A stretch of DNA of 64,000 nucleotides from Selaginella moellendorffii (lineage: Eukaryota > Plantae > Lycopodiophyta): NCBI RefSeq assembly GCF_000143415.4, contig NW_003314314.1:250263-314262 (forward strand), written 5' to 3'. The notes beneath the pieces are model-generated. The model had not been told where the DNA came from. It worked only from the letters and a program-made list of their open reading frames with translations, and made no database searches. Shown here in pieces: positions 50,421 through 63,200 of this stretch (position 1 is its first letter; the number at the start of each line of letters is the position of its first letter). The position numbers were made by a program, and so were the translations under genes.

Positions 50421-52606
50421 ATGGTTCGCTTCTCTTCCTCAGCGGAGGACATTCTTCCCGACGGCACCCGACGGCGGAGTGAAACCCATCTTAGCGATGG
50501 CCGAGGGGGATATGTTGAGTTCGCGTATCTCGAAGCTCTCCACAAGGCAAATCGGTGGCTAAACCAGAGGGGAAAAACCGAGAAGAAGATCTGCAGCTTG
50601 GAAGAGGAAAAGCGCGAGGAAACAGAAGAGGAGAAGTACGAGGAAAAGTCTTGGAGTGTTAGCGCGCTCCGGATTCTGATCAGACTCACCGAGCAGCTTT
50701 ACGAGGAGCTCAACGGCAAATCTAGCGACCGAGAGAGGATCAAGCGAGCGCGGAAGATGATGAGGCTCCAGAAAATGCTGGATAGGATCCCGAGTGAGAG
50801 GAAACCGTGGAAGAAGCTTCAGTCCGGCGAGGTGGTCTTCGTGAAGGAGGCAAAAGAACTATATGATCGTGCGGGGAGAGATTTTGTTGCCGAATTCAAG
50901 AGGAGACAGGTAAGTTTGATATACCTTTCAGATTCCAGATGGCCGTTTGCTAATAACTTCCGTGTTTGTTGTAGAGAGCTGGAGTGAACGATGAGTGTTT
51001 GTTTTGTCGGAACCATGATGGCGAGAAGATGATCGGCCGGGCTGGGGTGAACTCTAAGACGACTAGACCCTGGGTTTATCTGAGAAGAGAACACGAGCAA
51101 ACTGTTCTAAGCACGTCGAAGAAACGAGAAATGAAGTTGGCTCCGAGCTCGAGAAGTTGGCTGCAAGGATTGGTCAACTGGAGGCCAGTGCTCGGACTCT
51201 AGCATCGGAGAAGCCAACTCTCAAGAGTCGAATCCAGAAGTTGGATCTCCAAGCAAGTTGAGCAGCACACAGGCCACTAAAGCTATAGACCATCGACCTT
51301 CTCGAGAACTCGACTCCAAAGGTTCGCAGCTGTCCGAGACGTAAAAGTGGTGGGTGACGACCGTGTCTCGGGGCTCGAGGCGGAGAAATCCATCACACTT
51401 CGGGCCTCTAAACAGGCCAGCGACCAGCCTCCACACTCTTCTAAGTCAAGAGAAGATCAATGGATCAAGTTGGACTACACTCTACAGTGTCTGGAGCAAG
51501 GAGGGATCTATCTTATCAGCTTTCCAGTGGATGGAGATGATTCAGGAGCGCCTGCTACGGTAAGGCTGTCCATGATAGTAGTGAGGAACGACGTAAACCA
51601 GTGCCAGATGGCTGCAAGATGGCGAGAAGACAATGTTGCTGAAGCTGCTCGTGACTAAGGAGAAGCCCCAGGGGATAATGGCTGATGGAGTCGAATCCGC
51701 TGCACGAGATGTGGAGCTCTCGGTGAGGAGCACGTCGAGAAGAGGATGGCGGAGTTTGGAAGCTCAAAGGTGAGCCTGAAGAAGCAAGTAACTGGCAGCT
51801 GATGGAGAGGATCACGGCTCGAGGTGCTGGAGGAGAGAGAGACGTGCCGGATTGAACGAGGAGCTCTGAAGGATGAAGAAGACAAGCCGAGGAGAACCAA
51901 TGAGAGAGCACATGGAGTGCCGAGCTCCAGAGGTTTGACGGATCAGATGGACGCTACATGCGACAATAAGGAGCATCTGGCTTCGCAGGGAGCTGTGTTT
52001 TTGCGTGGTTCCACTCGAGCTTCTCAGCACGATCAAGGCCTAAAGTGGCAGAAGCATTCCCTAACTGTCAGAGGTTCTAAGCACGTCGAAGAAACGAGAA
52101 TGGAAGTTCGAGAAGTAACCAGCTCTCGAGAGTCAAATCCAGAACAGAGGTGCAAGCCAAGTATATTGAAATCTCTGGCAGCTCGAGCAGCACAGGGAAG
52201 CAGTAGCAAGCCTCCAAAGCACCAGAGACTAGTCTCCACACTCTTCTAAGCCAAGAGAAGATCAACCTCTTCTAGGAGATATGCGCCTCGACTCCAAAGT
52301 TTTGGAGCTGTCCAAGACGGTGGCCGAGATGAAGCAGCCCAAGCTGTCGAAAGTGGCGGGCTCTGGCATGGAGCAGAGTCCATCAAACGTTGGCGTGAGA
52401 ACAGCGAGATGAAGGAGAAGATGAGATGCCGAGACGGATCAAGACAAAGCTCTCTAGTTGACGGAAACGGGACGAGAGCTTCAATGCTGTCCAGGATCGC
52501 TCTTACAGGTGCTTGGATGATAGAAGATGATGATGGCAAGATGATCTCGAACTCGAAGAAGCTGCTTGTGGCGGTGGAGCCAGAGGGTCGGATTCACAAA
52601 GACTGA
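50421..52606 (+). pseudogene. Unrecognised lineage-specific gene with internal helical repeats; first exon open, downstream part fragmented
   Basis: MVRFSSS...FKRRQ followed by a GTAAG donor at ~50910. Downstream are short ORFs in several frames with a recurring SLHTLLSQEKIN motif. Homologues occur in two other copies. Confidence 0.5.
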
Positions 52607-55164
52607 TGTTCGCCTCTAACATGCGGAGACTACAAGAGCTGGAGCGAACTCCAAGATGAAGCAACAGTCATAAAGACAGAAGATCGGACGAGTTTCATGG
52701 AACGTGGAAGCTGGTGCAAAGGTTACTAGGCAATTCAGAGGTTCAATGGCCACCTTTACAATCGAGCAATCTGGACTGAGGGTATGTAGAGTCATTCGTT
52801 TTTTCCTCTTCCATTCATTTCATCCGTGTTGTTAAACAGGAGAAGCAAGCTACAGCGACACACAAATTGTGATGGTAGCTCCTTTAGTATCAGCAACAAA
52901 TCCTATGGTATTTTTTTTGTTTTTTCTTTTCTGCTCTGGTGGAATATCTTCTGCGGTCCAACTTGGTCCAGATCGTAGGAGGCCGTCTTCGAGACTAAAT
53001 AAATAAAACATCTCAGAGACTACGCTAAGGAGCTGGTTATTCTGGCCAACTTGTGAGTATAACCTTGAGAGATTATGTTTGTTTTCTATTTAGAAAATAG
53101 TCTGACTTTGGTCCAGATCATAGGAGGCCGCCAGAAGAATATGTAAATGAGGGTGGAGCAGGACTTGAAGCAGCGAAAGATAAAACCAGCGTCAGAGATC
53201 ATAAGAATTGTGGAAGGGAAAAGCGTAAGTTGATTTTAAAACTTGGAGACAAAGGGAGCAGGCTGAAACAGCTAAGATCGAGCAGCAAAGATTGAGCAGC
53301 TTAAAGACGAAAAATTTCTTAAACCAAGCAGGGACAGCAGCTTTAAAAATTGAAGTATTAATTTCGCCCAGCAGCAGCTTCAAAAAGCAAAGAGGAAGCA
53401 GCTAAAGAGCAGTGACAAGTTTGATCAAGCAGAACAGCAGAATAGTTGATAGTTTTTTTTCATATAATTTTCTTTGATCTAGCTGTAATTTAATGTTCAA
53501 ATTTATAATGTTTCAATCTCTGAAAGGTCCGAGATCCGACTTTGATCCTAGCAACAAGATGATACCTAGAGCACGCTAGGGCTCGGCAGCGCGGCCACTT
53601 GGCAAGGCATCCCCCGAAAAACTCGTGAACTTTACCATGTAGACCGAGTATTTGCAATGTCTAGACTTGAGGATCTTCTTGTACGTTCGCAAGGATTCCT
53701 GATAAGTTTGTCCTCGTAACTTGATTAGAAAATGGAAAAGCAAATCCAGCTCAGGAAAATAAGATTCTTATGTAGTTTGGATAGCGAAGGTGTTCGACTT
53801 TCTAGGCACCCAAGAGTCTGAGAACACGACACCACGTTAGAGCAAGAACTCAGGAGCTAATATGTACGCACCTCCAGTTGTTCCATATGGTATAAAGCCA
53901 TTTGACTTGGTCTAGAAGGTTCTGAAAAGGCTTGCCCCGTCAAGTTTTACCTCCTTCCAGACTGTCAAAGTCTTACCATTGTATGGGAAAAAACTAAATT
54001 TCTGCACGTTGTGATCAATAAAACTTGTAAGATTGCTGTACATGAGCATCAAAGAAAGCTTCAAATCGTAAACGAGAGTCTAAAGGCCATTGCGTTCGTA
54101 ACAATTGGCAAGAGCCTTCACCTCTGCAATTTCTTGCACTTAGTTTGATAGATAGATCAGCAATGCAACTTTTTACCAGCCTCCACACACAAGCACTCTT
54201 TTAGATACTCTTGTATAGGAAATTTATAGTAGAAACACTTGTCTTCGTTTGGTTATTATAAATAAAAGTTCATACTAAATACTGATTAAATTGAGAATTC
54301 TCCATATTTTGTAATCCAAGTAGAAATTTGATTATTAATTGACTCCTTTTACTCTTTACATTTAGCCTTTGACATTTTTCTTTATTTATTTTTTATGTTG
54401 CAAGTTTATTTTTTATGGATTCTACAAGAATGCTAATATTTAAAGCAATTGTTATTTGTAATAAAGTTTTATTACTTTCACTATTATGTTATTTTTGAGA
54501 AAATATTATAAGTTAATATATATTTAGTTACAGACACAATATAAAGGTATTCTTAAAACATAACACCATACTTTTTTACAACTACTAAATTTTTTACAAA
54601 TGCATTAGCTGATGATAATATATATTTTATCTAAAAAACATTTAAATGATGATATTTTAAAATTCTCAACATATCAATTAATTTAAATTTTTTATAGTAA
54701 GTTGTACAATAAAATTATTAAAAATTTACATAACTTAAACAAATAAAAACTAATTTGAATATATCTAATACTTAACTTTGTTACCTTGAAATTGTAAAAT
54801 TTATATAAGCATCAAATTAATCTATTTAGATACAAGCTTAAATGTTTTGGCCAAATTTTTATCTTGGTATATATATTATTATTATAACATTGAAAAATGA
54901 TGAATTATTATAAAATTATAATTAAAATATTAAAATGACTTAAATTTGTTAAAATTAAAAGTTAACGAAGCTATTTTTATTATCCACAATTGATATTTGT
55001 TTTCATAACATGGAAGCTACCAACTTATGTAAATAAGGTATCTGAAAAAACAATAGTGTGCTAGAGACACACTATAAATGTCCTTGAGTAATAGAAAATG
55101 TAAAATACTGACTCAATGTGAATTATGCTGAGAGCTACAAGTCATTGTATACTAGCAAGGAATT

Positions 55165-55346
55165 TATAAGCAACCAAAGGAAACAACTTAAGAATAAGTT
55201 TTTAGAGTTTTGAAATAAAAGGGAAAAACATATAAATAAAATTGCACTATTTTTTTAATCAATTAAAGGTGTTGAGATATTATGGAGTTATCTGAGTGCT
55301 ACTAGGATGAATGACTTGTCAGGAAGTATATATTTAGGAGCTTACA
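55165..55346 (+). mobile_element. Solo LTR with 5S-like segment (right-arm copy of 1308-1491)
   Basis: Contains GAGTGCTACTAGGATGAATGAC...GGAAGT and ends in CTTACA. Confidence 0.65.
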
Positions 55347-56329
55347 AAATTTAGATTAAATAACTTTCCAAATATATTTTATTAAAATGGAAAATAATAG
55401 CACAATAGCAAAATTGATTTAAAATTAATTAAATATATGGTTTTTGTATTCTTTAATAAATCATGGTATTTAAATAGGATATTTATATGAAGTGAAAACT
55501 CCAACAACACTATCACAAGCAAGTACAGAGAAGCACTGCTTCCTAAGGATTAAAATTTCCCTACTATGATATTAATTATCATTGCTATGTAGAGGTTTAT
55601 CCTCCTTAACACTGACATCATCAGCAGTGCCAATATTATTTTCTATCACAACACTCACTTGCTCAATTATTCTTTACTTCCCCCAAGGCCCTTCTTTTGT
55701 ATTTTCTCTCATTCTCCCATCAATGTTAATATTGTCCTCCAATCCTTTATGGTGGAAAACTATCCAAGGGTAATCTAGGATCAAAGAAAAGTGACATTAA
55801 CATTAGTGATAGAAATGTTTAGGAAAGTAAGAAAATCAAAGATTTTGTGTTTGTAATTACTTCTCTTTTTTCCATTTTTCAATTATAGTTTTAAAGTTTT
55901 GCCTATAAACCTCATAATTATCCTGCTATTGGTAGAAGTGCCCTTATAATAAAGTTGGGTAGACTCACTAGTCCCTCAAAGGGGTCTTTTTTGAAATCCA
56001 AGAGCACTTGATTCCTCATTGTTGTTAAGAGTCCATAATAGAAGCATATGATTTTTAACTCTATGGCTTTCTGCTAGCCAATTCACCAAATTCACCTAGG
56101 TGTTAGGATCAAAAATTACACAATAAATAGAATATTGAACACATACCATTGGCCAGCTTGACTAGAAGAGCTTAACAAAATTGCCAGAATTTCCAAAACA
56201 CTAGGTTAGAAGTGACTTTAGCAATATAAAATCCTTTTAAGGATATTGATTTGTTTCTTCTTAACAACAATTTTTCTAGATATGCCTAAAGTTCCAACCA
56301 AGAGGATTTCCTAATAATCTTACTATAAG

Positions 56330-56800
56330 CTCAATTTTTTTGTATTAAAAGTCCAAGTAGAATTTCATATTTACTAGATTCAAAGAATTAAATTTCACAA
56401 TTATAAATAGAAAAATCAAAGAAAGATGTTAAAGTTTATACAGTATTTAAGAAGTCGCAAATTTTAAGGATATAGATGTAGGGTTCACCCTTCACAGAAA
56501 GAGAGTTAATCATAATACACAATTTGTAAAAGTTTACTAAAATATAATCTAAGTAGACTACTATTGAATTATAATTGCAGGGTGTTGGATTGCTTTATGC
56601 TTTTAATGCCTTTTTTGCATAACTTATATTGTGAGTAGTTCATTTGTGTCTTTCATTTGGTTTGGGAATTGTGAGTAGGCATTTGTAGATTTCAAAGATG
56701 TGGTAATGACTCCTTTAGTTTTGGAATATCCTTATTACACTCGACCTTTCATCTTGTATATAGATGCTTTTAATATTAATCTCAGAGGTATATTGATTGT
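56330..56800 (+). mobile_element. Decayed gypsy RT/RNase H remnant
   Basis: TPLVLEYPYYTRPFILYIDAFNINLRGIL resembles APVLAYPDFTKPFILYTDAS. Confidence 0.6.
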
Positions 56801-56904
56801 ACATTTTGAGTGTATTTAGACTGGATAAGCATAAGGACAGAATTCTTACATGCTATTAGCTAAACATACTTAACTTACTAAAAAGTTCCCATTTTGTTAT
56901 GTAT

Positions 56905-57259
56905 TTCATTGGTTAGTAACAAAAATCATCATATGTTGAATTTAGTCCTTCAATAATTCTATATGATAGTTTATCGTGTTTCATTGGTTAGTAACAAAAA
57001 TCATCATATGTTGAATTTAGTCCTTCAATAATTCTATATGATAGTTTATCGTGTTCACTAAACACCTTCCCTATCATGCCCTATATATTGGTTCCATTCC
57101 AGTCCTTTGTGCTATTTATGGTAAGTATCTAGATTTATTTAAATAACATATCTATGGAATGTACAGAGTTGTAAGCTCCATTCCAGTCCTTTGTGCTATT
57201 TATGGTAAGTATCTAGATTTATTTAAATGACATATCTATGGAATGTACAGAGTTGTAAG
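56905..57259. repeat. Two adjacent near-perfect tandem duplications (~75 bp and ~83 bp) abutting the LTR
   Basis: TTTCATTGGTTAGTAAC...ATCGTGT twice, then TCCATTCCAGTCC...AGTTGTAAG twice. Confidence 0.9.
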
Positions 57260-60200
57260 TGTAAGCGACTAATTTTTCCATTTTACTTTAGTCACTTAAT
57301 TGCACCTCTGACCCCTTGGAGGAGTCTCATTCACAATCTCTATAAGTCCCAGTTAGGACTTGGGGCTTGCTAGCCCCGAGAATGGCATCCATGCCACTCC
57401 ACCTTTGCACTTGGTCCAAGTGCTCCATGTGTCCAATCCCATGACCGACACCCCAAGGTACCATCGACATATCACCTTGTTATGCTAAAGCCATGCCCCT
57501 TCACCTTGGGTCACACCGATGGTCTAACACCACCTGCAGCACAGTCCCGTCTCTCGAGGACTGGGCCATCCGTCCATGAGTGATCAATCCAGATCCACTC
57601 CTTAGCATCCTTTGGACGCCTATAGACATGGGGAATAGCCTTCCCCAACATCTCCTTTCCGGTCCTCACCAAATCCCTTTCTGTCCATGGCCATGCTTGC
57701 CAACACTGCCACTAGACCAAGGTCCACAGGCCCGACCACTAAGTCCCATGGTCCTCTGGGACTTCCTCACCATGTGACTGTGTCCTTGGTCACCACACCG
57801 GAGGGCTACTCCTCTTCCTTTCCACAGTCTGGGACTTTGGGACACCATTTTGGAACATCGTGGGCCTCATGGGTACTCTCGCCGCCTTCCGCCTTTGGGT
57901 AGCTATGGGCTTAGAGCAAGGTTCCGTTGAGCCACACATGGTATCCAAGTAGGTAGTGCCACCCACACTTGGACTGGGAGCATCGACCATTCGATCTCCC
58001 GGGGGAACTAGAGCCGGCTCTTGAACACTTCACCAAGCTATCCCGCTTGTCGGTCCGTATTCACTCTAGTCTTGGACTTCCCAGTGGTTAGCTCATCACC
58101 CAACATTGGGTGTGGCCTTCCTGGGCCCAACTGGCCTTTCCTAGGCCAAACCGGCTCCACTGGGCTCCAACCCCCACACTGTCCTTACTATACTTAAGGA
58201 ACCCCCCGCAAGCCCCCCACCCCAGGGGGACGATCGCTTTGGGCTTTCACCCAACTGCCCGTATTAGTATTGGGAGTCGGATTCGGGCTGCGAACTCGGA
58301 CTCGGACTCGGTCTGCGGTCCGGGTTTGGGTCTGGGACTAGGTCTGGGTCTGGGTCTCAGACTCCATCTCGGACTCCGTCTCGGGTCCATCTTGGACTCC
58401 ATCTCGGACTCCACTTCGGGTCCATCTCGGACTCCATCTCGGGTCCATCTCGGACTCCATCTCGGATCCATCTCGGACTCCATCTCAGATCCATCTCGGA
58501 CTCCATCTCGGATTCCACTTCGGGTCCATCTCGGACTCCATCTCGGGTCCATCTCGGACTCCATCTCAGATCCATCTCGGACTCCACCTCAGATCCATCT
58601 CGGACTCCATCTCGGACTCCACTTCGGGTCCATCTCGGACTCCATCTCGGACTCCACTTCGGACTCCACTTCGGATTCCAACTCGGGTCCATCTCGGGTC
58701 CATCTCGGACACTTCCACGTGTCATGTGTTGGTCCTTTTGGGTCCTTTATTGGAGCCTCGCTTATTGCTCGCTTCGTGCTCATTCCTCAAGCACTTCGTT
58801 GGGAGTTCCACTCCCACTCTCGACCTTTTCAAGTCGAAGCTTTTAGTCCAAACATGTTATGCTCGTTTGGCTTTCGCTTCGGCCACTACCATATGGCACC
58901 CTTTCGGCTCCACTTTGAGGCCTAGGGATTTTGTGTCTCACAACTCCACCACCCATAAACGAAGTTCGATGTCCTCATCGAACAGTAAACCATTTCATAA
59001 GTAACACCCACACGTGTTACCATTTCCATCCTTGGCACCTAGCCAATATTTGTCTATGGTTTGACACCAAAGGCCCACCATGCCTTGTCTATCCTCTAAG
59101 GAGCATAGCCCTCCCAACTTAGAGGCTCATTCGACCACTTGTGGTGGTTCTCTCCTTTTATTCGTTTAGTTCTCACTAAACCTGTTAGAGACACCTTCTC
59201 TAACTCAATCCCACTACTCATTCTCGAGTGGTCTCACTTTCCATCGATATAACCCTTGCACTTTGGAACTTTTTAATTTTAACTTCTCGAAGTCAATTTC
59301 CTAGGTGTCTCCGACACCTTGCATTGCACATATTGTGCAACTCCACTTCCCCATTCTAGGAAGTTCTCTACTCGAGGGCAACATCATCCTCTCTTCGATT
59401 TCATGCCATCTTTGGCACTAAGTTCCCATTATCATAATTTGTGCTAGGGCTGCCCGCAGCTCTATTATTTAGCTACCTTACTGCTCCCCCCCTTGGAGCT
59501 TCCACTTTCACCAAATTGGAGCGGTTGGGAATCCATCATTGGGAAAACATTGCCTTTCCCACAATTCGTTAGCACCCAACACATTAGTGTTCTTGGCCTA
59601 ACTTTGTCATTGGATTCTTTCCCATGATTCCCATGGCTCTTTCTTAGCCACTAGTCTTTTTCTCCTATCCCTGATTGTTGCACTCAACAACATCGGATGG
59701 CTACCTCCATTTTCGAGGTATCCTTTTGGTTCCATAGCAAAGACTTTTCTTTGCCAAGTCCAGAGGGTGTTCACCCCTAGTATGTCTCTTTAGCATCTTC
59801 TGCTGTAGGCTCTATCCACAGCCTAACTTCGTGACCCTCCCATGGGTCTCTTATAGAGACTACTTTCCTCGGACTCCTTATGCCATCGCACAGACACAAT
59901 TTATTTCCCTTAGGCGCTCTTCCCACTTGGTCATCATGACCAAGCCACACCATCTTAAACCGTTCAATTCAACATTTTGAACCAGGAACTTCATTCTTTA
60001 GCCAACTAAGGATCTTGTCTTTATTTGGCCATAAGATCACCTAGTGATCTCACCTTGGCACCTTAACAGAGTTGCCAAGAGGTACTTGGTCTTCTAGACC
60101 TTTAAGTTGCTGACCATAACCCCGGGGGCATCCCCCACACTTGGCGGTGCACCCAAGCCAACCCTTACGGCCAAGGGTTCATAACAACTGAGATTAGGTT

Positions 60201-63200
60201 CCCCATCTCACTCACCACATCCTTGGTGCCATTTGCACCAAAGCGTTCAAGTTAGATATGCCGAGCTTTCACACTAAGCAATCTAACCGTGCATCACAAC
60301 TCTAAGGCATCCCTCGCTTGGCGGTGTGCCTAAACCAGTCTCCCCACTGAGAGTCCATGACCACCGAAATATGAGTGTCCTCATATTCCAAACCATCACC
60401 ACGCCCTAGTGTGTTGGGACTCGAACCCAAGCACTAGAGGGTCGGGACTCGAACCCAACCTCCGTATATGCATCTACGGACGGCATCACACAAGATGCCT
60501 GGCATGACTCCCCACGCTGGTGCACCAACTTTTATTTAAAGCGTGCTACAGATCACAACTTAGGAACCTAGTTCCTCCGCACTACCAAGTCTTCTCACTT
60601 GACAAGTTTGTGATCATGCATGGACTCCTCCATGCTTGGCCCCATGGGCCACCCCTTTGAAGTTGGCTCCTTCAACTAGGGTATTTGTTCCCCTAACTTG
60701 CCAATCTCACTAAGCAAGTTATCTGGCCACCGTAACATGGTTCATGCATAAGCGTGAAAGTCCTCAATCATTGACTTTCATTCAAAGCCCTCTCTTTGAA
60801 CACTCGGGAACTACTTCCCCAACCTTGATAGCCTCGCCTCATGGCAAGCTTCAAGACCACGCTTCTGCTGTGCCACTCTGATTTCGCGCATTCTATGAAC
60901 CATTTACACTTAGCTTTCTAGGTATCCAGCTACCTAGAATTGTCTTTGGGAACCTTTCGAAAGAACTCTGTCCCTTTAGCTTGCTAAGGCCTCTCCTTTC
61001 GCAATCTTTCCAATTGCCATATAGTCTAATATGGACAATCCCATGTTCTAAACTCTCTATAGCATCCCAATCGTTAGTAACAACATGTTTGAGCACCCAT
61101 TTGATTCTCCACTCCCAACTTGCATAACCACCTTTGATCATGCCTGTCAATTTCCATGGTTCGGTTCTATCCCTTTACTACTTGCCTTTGGCCTCATTCA
61201 TTTCCTTCGGTTATTCTTTTCCAAACTAGGAAGATAGCTTTGCACTTTCTACCATGCCTTGGCAAGTATTCATAGAGATGAACCTACCTGATAGCTTAGG
61301 AGTGGTTCCTCAATCCGGGTTTGCTCACCTTGTAATCCCATACCCTAAGATTACCATTGCTACTTATAGGCCTTTATATGCCCATCCCTAGCCTTGCCAA
61401 AATCCCCTTTTGGCTTTGTCCAATTCGGGTAGACGGATTTCTCTTGTCTCCACAACCTTGGACATTTGGATAGCACCTCTTATCCATCATTCGCTAGAGA
61501 CTTTGTCCCTTGGGCATTGTCCATTGCCCTCACGACACCAAACAACACCTTTTGGTGTTCTAGAGTGTCTGGGTGTCCCAATGATGGCCTCTCTGACAAT
61601 GAGCATTCCCTTTTCGACATTGACTTACTATATTGCAACATAAGAAATTTATCCCTCATAAGGGTATATCTAACTTCTTTATCCCAATAAGAAGTCTTAG
61701 GTAGTTGCCTTCTACCAGTTTAACGAATTATTTTGCACCTTTTGTTTAGTTGCCTCATAGTTATCAAGTCCTACAACTCATTGCTAGTGCTTCCACACCT
61801 CCATCATTATCTGGGTCACCACACTCTAACCGCATGCCTTCCAGCATAGGCTATGCTATTCCCATTTCCATTGGGATTCCTTTGGATGGGGTTCTTATGA
61901 ACCCGCCAACTTGACCTCAAGGCAGCACGCCTTGGCACCTTCAGTGTCTCCACACCATCGGCTCCACGAGCCTACTTTTATGACACTTCTTACTTGTGTC
62001 TATGTCTTTTTGCCAAGACCAATATGGTTGTGTCTTATGCCAATTATCCATTAGCATTGCACCATAGTGTTTGCACCCAACTCTAGGCCAAAGTTGCTTT
62101 CTTTTGGGAATATCTTTCCCACAACTTTAGCATGGCACATTCTGCCATCAATGAAATACCTATTGTTCTCATTCTTGGATTTTATGATCCTCCCCATACC
62201 TCATGGGGCACCATACACCTCAGTCCAAATGTTTTAACCAATCCTTTAGGGCCATTCCCTGACTCCACTTGAGTCATCCAGCATTTTAGACTTTGCTAAT
62301 CTAACGACCTACGAGGTCTTGGTCTTTGAGGTGCCAACTCACTGGAATACAACTTCTTGTATTCAAGCCCTACTCCCAAGGACCATCTTTGCAAGTGTTA
62401 CTCCGACACTTGATTTGTTCTCTTGGGGCAACCTTTTGCCCCTTAAGACCACTTGTCCATGTGATGAAAATACCAATTCATCCTCTGAGTACACCCCTAA
62501 CTCCTTGGGTTGTTCCAGCATTTATTAGAGGTAGCCCCGGCTACCATTTCAAGGACTTATGTCCTCTTCCGTATTTGACCTCCCATGGTCATCAATTATG
62601 GTCTCAAAGTTATGAACACCAGCCTCAACTATATGAAGGTAATCTTGTGACTCCTTTATTGTTTTGGAGTCTACATCTTCCCCGTGATCCCAACTATAGT
62701 TGTTTACCACAACTACATTAGCCCGTTTGCTGCGTCAAACGCTCATCTGGATCACATCCTCAGCTCTCTAAGGAAATCCTTATACTGTTCCCAAGATCCC
62801 AAAGTCGTTCCATTATTAACCCTTTTCTATCCACCACATTGTGCCCAAGTTCACGCGTGAACTTGAGTGGAGAGACATGTCCTCTCGACATGATACTCCT
62901 CAAAGACAGGCCCACTCTTAGGACCTTCCGATGCCAACATCAATGGTGATATACTTGAGCACCAATAAAAGTCAGACTAAGAAACAGCTCCAATACCAAG
63001 TTGTAAGCGACTAATTTTTCCATTTTACTTTAGTCACTTAACTGCACCTCTGACCCCTTGGAGGAGTCTCATTCACAATCTCTATAAGTCCCAGTTAGGA
63101 CTTGGGGCTTGCTAGCCCCGAGAATGGCATCCATGCCACTCCACCTTTGCACTTGGTCCAAGTGCTCCATGTGTCCGATCCCATGACCGACACCCCAAGG

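Larger units (their letters stand above)
49010..56247. repeat. Right arm of the long inverted repeat
   Basis: Reverse-complement match to 1-9015. Near-identical ORFs occur on opposite strands (MAR.EQERSG..., MNDECLFC..., MKEKMRC...). Confidence 0.95.

Noticed and set aside
58110-58925. 271-aa ORF and antisense ORFs
   Set aside because: Artefacts of a stop-free minisatellite within an LTR.
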